Assembly: GCA_040218735.1 (NCBI GenBank)
Contig: JAVJQW010000050.1
Coordinates: forward strand, 320,001-384,000
Length of the DNA stretch: 64,000 bases
DNA from: Deltaproteobacteria bacterium
GTDB lineage: Bacteria; Myxococcota; Kuafuiibacteriia; Kuafuiibacteriales; Kuafuiibacteriaceae
Reading direction: 5' to 3'
The notes beneath the pieces were generated by a model. That model ran no database searches, had not been told where the DNA came from, and saw nothing but the letters and a program-made list of their open reading frames with translations. The position numbers and the translations under genes were made by a program. Positions 10,235 through 19,500 of the stretch are shown one piece after another; positions within the stretch are counted from its first letter, which is position 1, and the number at the start of each line of letters is the position of its first letter.

Positions 10235-12520
10235 TCAGGCGTCCGCGACGACCTGATGGCTGGGCGGCAGCGGTCGACCGTCGGCGGCGATCCGCGTCAG
10301 CCCGAGCGACTTGCCCGCGACCCACGTACGCCGGAGGACGCGGTACGTCTCGCGCGGCATCCCCTCGGGGAGCTCGACCGTTGTGTACTGGTCGTGGATC
10401 CGGATCGCGCCGATCGTGTGGCCCGGGATGCCGGCCTCGTTGCTGATCGCGCCTACGATGTTCTTCGGCTGCACGCCGTCCTCGGCGCCGACGTCGAGGC
10501 GGTAGTTGTCCATGCCCGAGGCGGACACCTGCGGAGCGGCGCGTCGCTTCGGCGGCGCCCCCCCATCCATCGGCCGCGCGTTGTCGCGGCCCACCCGCGG
10601 CGCGTCGCCACGGTCGCGCCACGAAGCCCGGTGGTCGCCGTTGGCGCGGGCGTCGCCGCGGTCGCGCCGCGAGCGGTCGTCGCGGTGTTCCCCGTTCACG
10701 CGGGCGTCGCCGCGGTCGCGCCACGATCGGTCGTCGCGGTGTTCGGCGTCGCCGCGGTCGCGCCGCGAGCGGTCGTCGCGGTGTTCGCCGTTCACGCGGG
10801 CGTCGCCGCGGTCGCGCCACGATCGGTCGCTTCGGTGTTCGCCGTTCACGCGGGCGTCGCCGCGGTCGCGCCACGATCGGTCGCTTCGGTGTTCGCCGTT
10901 GGCCTGCGAAGCGCCGTTGCGATCGCGCCACGACTGGTGTTCGCCGTTGGTCTGCGACGCGCCGTCGCGATCGCGCCACGACCGGTTCGTGCGGTCGGCC
11001 CGCGGCTGCGACGCGTCGCCGCGGTCGCGCCAGGACCGCTGGTCGCCGTGCTGCCCGGCATCTTGCGCGCGCCCCGGACGGTCACGCCGCGCGCCGCGCG
11101 TGTCCTCGGCGCCGCCGTCACGGTCGCGCCGACGCCCCGGCATCTCGCCGTTCCGGTCGCGCCCTCGCGCGTCGCCGGCGGCGCGGGGTGCCCGCCCGTC
11201 GAGTGGTCGGTCGCCGAGGGCCATCTGCGCGAGCGCCGCCGCAACCTTGGCGAGCGGCGTGCCCGACGCCTCGGCGTACTGCGTGACGAGACACTCCACG
11301 GACGCGAGGTCCGCCCCGCGGACCCGGGCTTCGACCTGCTCGAGCAGGCGCGCCGTGCGCTTCGCCTCGACCTCGGCCGGGCTCGGCGGCGGCACCACTT
11401 CGATCGGCTGCCCCGTCGCGCGCTCGATGCGGCGCAGCCGCGAGCGCTGCGCCTTAGTGAGGAACAGGATCGCCTCTCCGGCGCGGCCCGCGCGGCCCGT
11501 GCGTCCGACGCGATGGATGTACGACTGCGTGTCGCGCGGCGCATCGAAGTTGAAGACGTGGCTGACACGCGCGACGTCGAGTCCGCGCGCCGCGACGTCC
11601 GTCGCGGTGAGCACGTCGAGCGCGCCCGACTTGAGCTTGTCGATGGTGCGTTCGCGTGCGCGCTGCGGCATGTCGCCGTTGAGCGCGGTCGCCGCGACGC
11701 CTTCACGACGGAGCGCCTCGGCGAGGTTCGCGGTGGCGTCCTTGGTACGCGTGAACACGATGACGCCGTCGGTGTCCTCGGTCTGGAGGAGACGCAGGAG
11801 GACGTCGGTCTTCGCACGCTCGTGGACGAACACCGCGCGCTGGCGAATCGAGTCCGCGGTCATCGTCTCCGCCTCGATGCGAATCTGCTCGGGCTCGTTC
11901 TGGTAGCGCTGCGCGATGCGGCGAATCGCGCCGGGCATCGTCGCCGAGAACAACGCGATCTGCCGCGGCTCCGGGACGCCGGCGAGCACGCGTTCGACGT
12001 CTTCGATGAACCCCATCGCCAACATCTCGTCGGCCTCGTCGAGCACGACGGTGGAGATCTGCGACAGGTCGAGCGCCTTGCGCTCGATGAGATCGATCAA
12101 GCGCCCCGGCGTACCGACGACGACGTGCACGCCGCGACGGAGCGCGTCGAGCTGCACACGGTAGTCCTGCCCGCCGTAGATCGTCGTGACGGCGAAGCCC
12201 GCGAGGTCGCGCCCGTAGGTCGCGAACGACTTCGACACCTGAATCGCGAGCTCCCGCGTCGGCGCCAGCACGAGGACCTGCGGCACCCGGCGCTCGAGGT
12301 CGAGCTTCGAGAGGATGGGCAACGCAAACGCGGCCGTCTTCCCCGTGCCGGTCTGCGACTGCGCGAGCACGTCGCGCCCCTCGGCGAGCAGCGGGATGAT
12401 CTGCGCCTGCACATCGGTGGGCGCGTCGTAGCCGGCGCGACGCACGGCCTTCAGGACTCGGGGATGGATCGGTAGGTCAGCGAACGCCGTGGGCGTTCGG
12501 GTGTCGGGCGCTTCGTTCAC
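10235..12520 (-). CDS. deaD: DEAD-box RNA helicase DeaD/CsdA with C-terminal DbpA-type RNA-binding domain
   Basis: QTGTGKT, PTRELA, TPGR, DEAD, SAT, ARGLD and HRVGRTGRAG motifs; C-terminal YRLDVG...PKNIVGAISNE. Confidence 0.93.
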   Translation of the reverse strand: MNEAPDTRTPTAFADLPIHPRVLKAVRRAGYDAPTDVQAQIIPLLAEGRDVLAQSQTGTGKTAAFALPILSKLDLERRVPQVLVLAPTRELAIQVSKSFATYGRDLAGFAVTTIYGGQDYRVQLDALRRGVHVVVGTPGRLIDLIERKALDLSQISTVVLDEADEMLAMGFIEDVERVLAGVPEPRQIALFSATMPGAIRRIAQRYQNEPEQIRIEAETMTADSIRQRAVFVHERAKTDVLLRLLQTEDTDGVIVFTRTKDATANLAEALRREGVAATALNGDMPQRARERTIDKLKSGALDVLTATDVAARGLDVARVSHVFNFDAPRDTQSYIHRVGRTGRAGRAGEAILFLTKAQRSRLRRIERATGQPIEVVPPPSPAEVEAKRTARLLEQVEARVRGADLASVECLVTQYAEASGTPLAKVAAALAQMALGDRPLDGRAPRAAGDARGRDRNGEMPGRRRDRDGGAEDTRGARRDRPGRAQDAGQHGDQRSWRDRGDASQPRADRTNRSWRDRDGASQTNGEHQSWRDRNGASQANGEHRSDRSWRDRGDARVNGEHRSDRSWRDRGDARVNGEHRDDRSRRDRGDAEHRDDRSWRDRGDARVNGEHRDDRSRRDRGDARANGDHRASWRDRGDAPRVGRDNARPMDGGAPPKRRAAPQVSASGMDNYRLDVGAEDGVQPKNIVGAISNEAGIPGHTIGAIRIHDQYTTVELPEGMPRETYRVLRRTWVAGKSLGLTRIAADGRPLPPSHQVVADA
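10600..11040 (-). repeat. Intragenic tandem repeat array in the deaD linker (9 S(W/R)RDR units)
   Basis: Exact 54-nt tandem copies at 10781..10834 and 10835..10888, plus degenerate copies on both sides. Confidence 0.9.
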
Positions 12521-12576
12521 GTGTGGGGAAAGGGGTGAGGGATGCGGCCGGGCTTGTCGAGGAGAATCGGCGCCGG

Positions 12577-13506
12577 TCAGATCGGCGCGAGCCGCCCGAG
12601 GCGAAACACCGGCAGCTCGAGCTGGGCGCGCGCGACCTCGCGGCGGGCGCGGAACTCGTGGATCTCGTACGCGCGCGGCTGCTCGCGGAGCGCGGCGACG
12701 AGCTGCGTGTTGAGCGCGTGGCCGCCCTTGTACGCGACGTAGCGGCCGATGATGGGCAGCCCCAGGAGGGCCAGGTCGCCCACCGCGTCGAGCATCTTGT
12801 GACGCACGAACTCGTCGGGGAAACGCAGCCCCTCAGGGTTTTGGACGGAGTAGTCGTCGACGACCACCGCGTTGTCGAGCGAGCCGCCCCGGGCGAGGCC
12901 CGCGGCGTGCATCTTCTCGACGTCCTTCGCGAACCCGAAGGTGCGCGCCGGCGCGAGCTCGCGGAGGAATGCGGTGTCGGACATCGCCAGCTCGTAGGTC
13001 TGGCGGTTCACGATCGGGTGGTCGAAGTCGATCGTGGCGCGGAGCGAAAAGCAGGCCGCGGGCTCGAGGCGCGCGAACTTGTCGCCGTCGCCGACCATCA
13101 CGGTCTTGGTCACCACCAAAAAGCGCTTCGGCTTACGCTGGGCGACCGTCCCGCCGGCCTCGCGGATGAGGTCCACGAAGCGCGCCGCGGAACCGTCGAG
13201 GATCGGGATCTCGGGGCCGTCGACCTCGACGCGGGCGTTATCGATGCCGAGGCCGGAGAGCGCCGCGATCAGGTGCTCGACGGTCTGGACGGAGACCCCG
13301 TCCTTCCCGAGCGACGTCGCCAGGACCGTGTGGACCACGTGATCCGTGGTCGCGGGTATCTCGACCGGGGGATGAAGATCGCTCCGGACGAACACGAGGC
13401 CGGTGTCCGGGGCGGCGGGGAGGATTCGAAACGTCGCGAGCTCGCCGCTGTGGAGGCCTACACCTTCACCGCGGACCGTCGACCTGACCGTGCGCTGATA
13501 CAACAT
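12577..13506 (-). CDS. lpxC: UDP-3-O-acyl-N-acetylglucosamine deacetylase
   Basis: QRT...GVGLHSG, TVEHL, EIPILDGSA, ARTFGF, EFVRHKMLDAVGDL and GGH motifs. Confidence 0.97.
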   Translation of the reverse strand: MLYQRTVRSTVRGEGVGLHSGELATFRILPAAPDTGLVFVRSDLHPPVEIPATTDHVVHTVLATSLGKDGVSVQTVEHLIAALSGLGIDNARVEVDGPEIPILDGSAARFVDLIREAGGTVAQRKPKRFLVVTKTVMVGDGDKFARLEPAACFSLRATIDFDHPIVNRQTYELAMSDTAFLRELAPARTFGFAKDVEKMHAAGLARGGSLDNAVVVDDYSVQNPEGLRFPDEFVRHKMLDAVGDLALLGLPIIGRYVAYKGGHALNTQLVAALREQPRAYEIHEFRARREVARAQLELPVFRLGRLAPI

Positions 13507-13552
13507 GATGTGCGGTACGCCCTACGTGCCCTCGGACTCGGCTGTGGCGATG

Positions 13553-13568
13553 AGCAACAACCAAGCCA
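13553..13568 (-). promoter_or_regulatory. Putative sigma54 promoter of lpxC
   Basis: Minus strand TGGCTTGGTTGTTGCT gives GG-N10-GC with TTGCT, ending 46 nt upstream of the ATG within a 258-nt intergenic region. Confidence 0.6.
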
Positions 13569-13764
13569 CGGTCGGGCAAGGTCCCGAAACGTCTGACCCC
13601 GCCACGTTACGCGGTGCGTAAGTGAATCACCTTCGGACACCCATGTCGCAAAAAGGATACGGTGTGCCGAAAGAACAACGGTCGGAGGCCCGAAACCGCG
13701 GTGTGGGTGCCATGAGACCGGTCGGCAGGCAACCCCTAACTATCGAAAATTCGAGACGCTTCGG

Positions 13765-14796
13765 TCAGAGGAGCTTGCGCTGGTTCAACGTCTTGCCGAG
13801 GTGGGTGTAGGCCCGCTCGGTCGCAACCCGACCCCGCGGCGTCCGCTTCAGGAACCCCTGTAGGATGAGGTACGGCTCGTAGACGTCCTCCAGGGTATCC
13901 CGCTCCTCACCCACGCTCGCCGCCAACGTATCGAGGCCGACGGGCCCCCCGTCGAAGCGGTCGATGATCGCCAGCAGCAGCCGCCGGTCCATCAGGTCGA
14001 ACCCCTTCTCGTCGATCTCCAGCGCGGCGAGCGCCTTGTCGGCGATGGGCTTCGTGATGCGCCCTTCGCCCAGCACCTCCGCGAAGTCGCGCAGGCGGCG
14101 CAACAGCCGGTTCGCGATACGCGGCGTCCCTCGGGAGCGACACGCGATCTCGTGGGCTCCTTCGGGCTCCAGCTCTACGCCGAGCCGCGCCGCGGAGCCG
14201 GTGACGATCTGCTCGAGCTCGTCGGGCGCGTAGAACTGCAGCTGCGCGACGTACCCAAAGCGGTCCCGCAGCGGGTTCGACAGCAACCCCGCGCGGGTCG
14301 TCGCCCCCGCGAGCGTGAAGCGCGGGAGCGGCAACGTCATCGTGCGGGCGTGCGGTCCGTCGCCGATCACGACGTCGAACCGGTACTCCTCCATCGCCGG
14401 ATAGAGGTTCTCCTCCACGGCCGGGGTGAGGCGGTGGATCTCGTCGATGAAGAGAACGTCGTGCGGCTCGAGGCTCGTCAATATGCCCGCGAGATCGCCC
14501 TTCTTCTCGAGCGCGGGGCCCGAGGTGACGTGCAGCTTCACGCCCATCTCGACCGCGATGATGTTCGCCAGCGACGTCTTCCCGAGGCCCGGCGGTCCCG
14601 CGAACAGGAGGTGATCGACCGGCTCGCTGCGCCCCTTGGCCGCCTCCACGAACACCTTCAGGTTCGCAGTGATCTTCTTCTGCCCGACGTACTCCTCGAA
14701 CGAACGCGGCCGCAGCGCGGCGTCGATCGGCGGATCGCCCGGACGCGCCTGCCCGCTGGTCTCGCGGCCTCGATCCTCGTCTTCCTTACGGCTCAT
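13765..14796 (-). CDS. ruvB: Holliday junction branch migration helicase RuvB
   Basis: LRP...[34 protein letters not shown] and GGPVG motifs. Confidence 0.98.
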   Translation of the reverse strand: MSRKEDEDRGRETSGQARPGDPPIDAALRPRSFEEYVGQKKITANLKVFVEAAKGRSEPVDHLLFAGPPGLGKTSLANIIAVEMGVKLHVTSGPALEKKGDLAGILTSLEPHDVLFIDEIHRLTPAVEENLYPAMEEYRFDVVIGDGPHARTMTLPLPRFTLAGATTRAGLLSNPLRDRFGYVAQLQFYAPDELEQIVTGSAARLGVELEPEGAHEIACRSRGTPRIANRLLRRLRDFAEVLGEGRITKPIADKALAALEIDEKGFDLMDRRLLLAIIDRFDGGPVGLDTLAASVGEERDTLEDVYEPYLILQGFLKRTPRGRVATERAYTHLGKTLNQRKLL

Positions 14797-14870
14797 CTCG
14801 ACTCGAACCCGCGGTCACCCGAACGGATGCTCAGCGTTGTGGCACGCGACCTTTCGCGTCGGCAACCCCA

Positions 14871-15467
14871 TCAACGCCCCTTGCTCAGCGCGTCCTTCAG
14901 CAACACCTCGAGCGACGCGTCCTCGCCCTTGCGCCCGATCGCCGCCGCCGCCGTCTCCTCCGCCACCGCCTCGCGGTAGCCAAGGTTCACCAGGGCGCTG
15001 ACGAGGTCCTTGCCCACCGCGCTCGCGGGGAGGTTCGACGGGCTCGGGTCCGACGAAGGCGCGAGCGACGGCGAGAGCGCCTGCAGCTTGTCGTACAGGT
15101 CGATCAGGATCCGCTCCGCGGTCTTCTTCCCCACACCCGGCAGCTTCGACAGTCGCGCGGGCTCCCGCCGCAGGACGAGCTCGATGAAGTCCGCGACCGG
15201 CGTCTGCAGGATCGCCATCGCCTTCACCGGCCCGACGCTCTGCACGCCGATCAGGTAGTTGAACACCTCGCGCTCGATCGCGTCCGCGAAGCCGAAGAGC
15301 TGAATCGCGTCGTCGCGCACGTTTGTATGGATGAAGACGTCGACGCGCTCGCCGATTCGGTACGGGCACTGCGCCGTGACGTGGACCTGGTAGCCAACGC
15401 CGTTGACGTCCACGAGGATCGACGTCGCCGAGCGGTCGATCACCTCGCCACGCAGCCGCCCGATCAT
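14871..15467 (-). CDS. ruvA: Holliday junction branch migration protein RuvA
   Basis: MIGRLRG...DVNGVGY...LFGF...VGPVKA...PGVGKKTAERI...ALVNLGY. ATG 15467 overlaps the ruvC stop. Confidence 0.96.
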   Translation of the reverse strand: MIGRLRGEVIDRSATSILVDVNGVGYQVHVTAQCPYRIGERVDVFIHTNVRDDAIQLFGFADAIEREVFNYLIGVQSVGPVKAMAILQTPVADFIELVLRREPARLSKLPGVGKKTAERILIDLYDKLQALSPSLAPSSDPSPSNLPASAVGKDLVSALVNLGYREAVAEETAAAAIGRKGEDASLEVLLKDALSKGR

Positions 15468-15958
15468 CGCGCCGCCCCCGTGGCGACCTTCCAGCGCAGC
15501 ACGGCCGTCCCCGCGATCGCGAGCGCCAACGCATCCGACGCATCCGACGGCGCCCGTGTCTTCAATCCGAGCAGCACCTTCACCATCTCCTGCACCTGCA
15601 ACTTCTCCGCGCGCCCGCTCCCGGTCACGGCCTTCTTCACCTCGGCGGGGGTGATCTCCACGATCGGGTAGCCGCCCTGCGCCGCCGCCAGCAGCGCGAC
15701 ACCACGGGCCTGCCCCAGCACCAACGCGCTCTTGGCGCTCTTCGAATGGAACACCGACTCGACGAACACATGGTCCGGCCGACGCTCCTGCAGCACCTCC
15801 TCCAACTCGCGGTGGATGGTGTGCAGCCGCAGCGGGAGCGCCTCGGACTCGGTCGCGCGGATCACGCCGGATCCGAGGTGGATCATCCGACTGCCCTCCG
15901 CCTGGACGACACCCCAACCGGTGCGTCGCGATCCCGGATCGATTCCGAAAGCGATCAT
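15464..15958 (-). CDS. ruvC: Crossover junction endodeoxyribonuclease RuvC
   Basis: GIDPG, VESVF, LGQARG, VKKAVTGSGRAEK and DASDALA motifs. Confidence 0.97.
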   Translation of the reverse strand: MIAFGIDPGSRRTGWGVVQAEGSRMIHLGSGVIRATESEALPLRLHTIHRELEEVLQERRPDHVFVESVFHSKSAKSALVLGQARGVALLAAAQGGYPIVEITPAEVKKAVTGSGRAEKLQVQEMVKVLLGLKTRAPSDASDALALAIAGTAVLRWKVATGAAR

Positions 15959-16707
15959 TCGCCGTCGAGCATATCCATGATCGCGTCCGGTATGTCGAAG
16001 TTGGACCAGACGTTCTGAATGTCGTCGTGGTCCTCGAGCCGCTCCAACAGCTTCAGCGTCGTGCGCGCGATCTCCTCGTCGCAGGTGACGCTCGTGGACG
16101 GAATCATCGTGATCTCGGCGACCGCTGGTTCGAGCCCTGCGGACTCGATCGCATCACGCACACTCAAGAAGTCGTTCGGCTCGGTGTAGACCACGATCTG
16201 ATCGTCCTCGATCTGGACGTCCTCGGCGCCGGCCTCGATCGCCGCATTCATGATCCGCTCTTCCTTGTACGTCTCGGCGTCGAAGCGAATCATCCCGCGA
16301 CGGTCGAACAGAAACGCCACCGTCCCGGTCTTGCCCAGGCCACCGCCGAGTTTGTCGAACAGGCTCCGGACCTCGGCGATCGTGCGTGTCTGATTGTCGG
16401 TCGCGACGTCCATGATGAAGGCCACGCCACCGGGCCCGTAGCCCTCGTAGACGAGCTCCTCCATCTGGCCGCCTTCGAGCTCGCCGGTCCCCTTGGCGAT
16501 CGCACGGTTGATGTTGTCGAGCGGCATCGACTGGGCCCGCGCGGCGTTGATCGCGAGCCGGAGTCGAGGGTTGCCGTCGGGATCCCCGCCCCCCAGCCGC
16601 GCGGAGACCATGATCTCCTTGGCGAGCTTGGTGAAGAGCTTGCCGCGCTTCGCGTCGACAGCCCCCTTTCTCCGCTTGATGTTGCTCCACTTGCTGTGTC
16701 CCGCCAT
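15955..16707 (-). CDS. yebC: YebC/PmpR family protein
   Basis: MAGHSKWSNIK, YEGYGPGG and DDIQNVWSN motifs; canonical yebC-ruvCAB order. Confidence 0.97.
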   Translation of the reverse strand: MAGHSKWSNIKRRKGAVDAKRGKLFTKLAKEIMVSARLGGGDPDGNPRLRLAINAARAQSMPLDNINRAIAKGTGELEGGQMEELVYEGYGPGGVAFIMDVATDNQTRTIAEVRSLFDKLGGGLGKTGTVAFLFDRRGMIRFDAETYKEERIMNAAIEAGAEDVQIEDDQIVVYTEPNDFLSVRDAIESAGLEPAVAEITMIPSTSVTCDEEIARTTLKLLERLEDHDDIQNVWSNFDIPDAIMDMLDGE

Positions 16708-16806
16708 GGAACGACGCCCTCGACCCGCGCGGATAACATACCGACCGAAAGACGAACAACGTCCGCGCGTCAGGAGGCCGGCGGTTGTGGTATCAGGGGC
16801 TTTCGA

Positions 16807-19254
16807 GTGGTTCGCAACGCGAGTGCATGGCTCTGCCTCCTCCTGGGCGTCGGTTCGTGCAAGTCGAACGACGAAGCACCCTCGACCCTCGCGCGCACCA
16901 TCGAAGGCCCGGCCGAGCTCCTCTGGGGCCCCGCAGCCACCGGCTCCGTCGGCGACATCTCGATGACCAACGGCGTCATCCTCGCCGTCATCACGCACGA
17001 CGCCGCCAGCAGCGGCTTCGCCGCGAGTGAAGGCAACCTCGTCGACCTCGCCCCGCTCCCCCACGGCCAAGACCACATCAACGAGCTGTTCCTCTACCTC
17101 GACAACGAGTTCCCCCGGCAAGCGAAGTACGACGACGTCCGCATCATCGCGCCCGGTGGCCCCGGCAAAGAGGCCCGCGTCCGCGCGACCGGCGTCGACA
17201 CCGGCAACCCGCTCATCAAGGTCGTCACGGACTACGTCCTCGAACCGGAGCAACACTGGATCACGCTCGAGACACGCTTCACCTCGACGGCCACGCACAC
17301 CATCGCGAGTTACGAGGTCGGCGACGCCGTCCAGTGGGGCCGCACCGAGCACATGGCGCCCGGTCACGGGTTCGACCTTCCCGGCAAACGCGTTCACGTC
17401 GACTGGATCTGCGGCATCGGGAGCGACACCTCCTACGCCCTCGTCCCGGACGGCAAACTCCGCTTCGATACATTCAATGGATCCATGTGGAGTGACCCAA
17501 TCGGCGCGACGGTCGAGTTGAAACCCAACGAGACCGTGACCTACGTCCGCCACGTCGTCGTCGGCCACGGCGACACCGCGTCGCTCGCGCGCGCCGTCGC
17601 CTCCCTGCGCGGTGACGTCACCGGCCGCATCGAAGGCCACGTCACCAGCAGCGGTGCGGCGGTCGCCGACGCGCGGGTGTGGTTCATGGACGACCAGGAC
17701 AAGATCGTCGGCCTCTCCAAGGTCGACGGCGCCGGGCGCTACACGCTCGACCTGTTGCCCGGGACCTACCGCGGCAAGGTCGACGCCCCCGGCCGAACGT
17801 CCGTCGGTTCCGAGGCGATGCAGGTCACCGCGGCGAAGACCACCACGGTCGACTTCGCGATGGGCCCGCCCGGCATCCTCGCCTGGCGCATCGCAGGCCA
17901 CGACGGTCGCGCGCCCGCCGTGAAGGTCGCGATCATCGGCGTCGACGGCACGCCGAACCCCCGCTTCGGCCCCTCGTTCTTCGCAGACGGCGCCGAGAAC
18001 TTCGTGCTGTCGAAGCGCGGTGTCGGCCAGGTCCCGATCGCCGCCGGCAACTACCGCGTCCTCGTCGCGCGCGGCCCGGAGTTCGAGCGCGTCGACCAGC
18101 GCGTGAAGGTCGAGCCCGGCAAACGCGTGGAGGTCACCGGGAAGCTCGAGCGGGCGTACGAGACCCCCGGTTTCATCGCGACGGATCTCCACCAGCACGC
18201 CGCGCCCAGCTTCGACTCCGGCGTGTCGCTGGAGGACCGCGCGCTCTCCAACGCCGCGGAGGGCGTCGAGGTGCTGGTGTCGACCGAGCACAACTTCATC
18301 GTCGACTTCGCACCGGTGGTCGCGGAGCAGGGCCTCGGGCGCGTCGTGTTCCCGATCTCCGGCACCGAGGCGACCACCCACACCGTGGGCCACTTCAACG
18401 CCCTGCCCCTGCGCATCGACCCCGCCCACCCGCGCGGCGGAATGATCGACGTCGAAGGCCAGAGCCCACGACAGATCTTCGACTTCGTGCGCACGCTCGC
18501 ATCGCCCGAAGTCGCGCCGTTCATTCAGGTCAACCATCCTCGCTCCGGATTCACGGGTTACTTCGACGTGATGAAACTGGACCCCGAGACGGGGCGCTCC
18601 GCGGACGCGCGCTTCATCGACGACTTCGACGGCATCGAGGTCGTCACGTTCGGCGTACCGAAGGAAACGACCAAGGCGATGCGCGACTGGTTCAACCTCG
18701 TGAAGAACGGACGCCGCTACACGGCGACCGGCACCAGCGACTCGCATACGATCACCCTCCGTCCCGTCGGCTGGCCGCGCACCTGGGTCTGCGTCGACCG
18801 TGACGATCCTCCGTTCCTCGACGTCGCCGCCTTCACCGAGTCCCTCCGCTCCGGCTGCGCCACCATCGGCGCCGGCCCGTTCGTCACCATCCGCTCCGGC
18901 GACACCAAGATGGGCCAGCTCAAACAGGCCGACCGCGGCAAGTTCGAGGTCACGGTCGACGTGAAGGCCGCGTCCTGGATCGGCACCGACACCCTCACCC
19001 TCTTCGTCGACGGCGACGTCGAGCGGAAGGTGGCGCTCACGAACAAGGGCGTCGACCGGCACCACGCAACGTACGCGCTGAAGTGCAGCTCCGACTGCTT
19101 CGTCGCCGCCTACGTGGAGTCCGAACAGACCCTCGCGCCGCTCATCACGCCGCGCCGCAAGCTCGACCCGCGCCCCGTCGCGCTCACCAACCCCATCTAC
19201 GTCGACGTCGATGGCGACGGCGTCTTCACCCCTCCCCCCGGAAGCTCCAAATGA
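16807..19254 (+). CDS. CehA/McbA-like PHP metallohydrolase lipoprotein with carboxypeptidase-regulatory-like domains
   Basis: LGVGSC lipobox; DLHQH, STEHN, GHFNA, NHPR, DGIEV and GTSDSH motifs. Start GTG 16807 inferred. Confidence 0.85.
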   Translation: MVRNASAWLCLLLGVGSCKSNDEAPSTLARTIEGPAELLWGPAATGSVGDISMTNGVILAVITHDAASSGFAASEGNLVDLAPLPHGQDHINELFLYLDNEFPRQAKYDDVRIIAPGGPGKEARVRATGVDTGNPLIKVVTDYVLEPEQHWITLETRFTSTATHTIASYEVGDAVQWGRTEHMAPGHGFDLPGKRVHVDWICGIGSDTSYALVPDGKLRFDTFNGSMWSDPIGATVELKPNETVTYVRHVVVGHGDTASLARAVASLRGDVTGRIEGHVTSSGAAVADARVWFMDDQDKIVGLSKVDGAGRYTLDLLPGTYRGKVDAPGRTSVGSEAMQVTAAKTTTVDFAMGPPGILAWRIAGHDGRAPAVKVAIIGVDGTPNPRFGPSFFADGAENFVLSKRGVGQVPIAAGNYRVLVARGPEFERVDQRVKVEPGKRVEVTGKLERAYETPGFIATDLHQHAAPSFDSGVSLEDRALSNAAEGVEVLVSTEHNFIVDFAPVVAEQGLGRVVFPISGTEATTHTVGHFNALPLRIDPAHPRGGMIDVEGQSPRQIFDFVRTLASPEVAPFIQVNHPRSGFTGYFDVMKLDPETGRSADARFIDDFDGIEVVTFGVPKETTKAMRDWFNLVKNGRRYTATGTSDSHTITLRPVGWPRTWVCVDRDDPPFLDVAAFTESLRSGCATIGAGPFVTIRSGDTKMGQLKQADRGKFEVTVDVKAASWIGTDTLTLFVDGDVERKVALTNKGVDRHHATYALKCSSDCFVAAYVESEQTLAPLITPRRKLDPRPVALTNPIYVDVDGDGVFTPPPGSSK

Positions 19255-19496
19255 TCCAGCTCGTCATCGGCGCCCTCATCCTCCTGCTCGGCCTCCCCTT
19301 CCTCATCCGCGGCTGGGTCTTCACCGTCAAACCGGAAGGCAAGACCAGCGAACGCGCCAAGGAGCGCAACCTCCGGATGGGTCTCGAGACCGACATGAAG
19401 AAGTGGGGCCGCAAGGTCCGCCGCTTCGGATTGCTCCTGGTCCTCTTCGGCGGCGGCCTCGTGGCCTGGGGCTACACCAGCGCGTTCGCCGGCTGA
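19251..19496 (+). CDS. Small two-TM membrane protein (81 aa)
   Basis: ATGA overlap with the upstream stop; two hydrophobic helices around a basic loop. Confidence 0.75.
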   Translation: MIQLVIGALILLLGLPFLIRGWVFTVKPEGKTSERAKERNLRMGLETDMKKWGRKVRRFGLLLVLFGGGLVAWGYTSAFAG

Positions 19497-19500
19497 CCGC

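Noticed and set aside
10600-11040. Possible CRISPR array
   Set aside because: Units are in-frame coding repeats without unique spacers, and there are no cas genes.
10256-12475. 739-aa and 466-aa plus-strand ORFs with repeats
   Set aside because: Shadows of deaD; their repeats simply mirror the deaD linker array.
13697-13712. Second GG-N10-GC (TGGCACCCACACCGCG) upstream of lpxC
   Set aside because: Poor -12 element (CCGC); the 13553..13568 site fits better.
14797-14870. tRNA-like GGTTCGAGTC on the minus strand between ruvA and ruvB
   Set aside because: T-stem does not pair (GCGGG versus CGAGA); no cloverleaf or CCA end.
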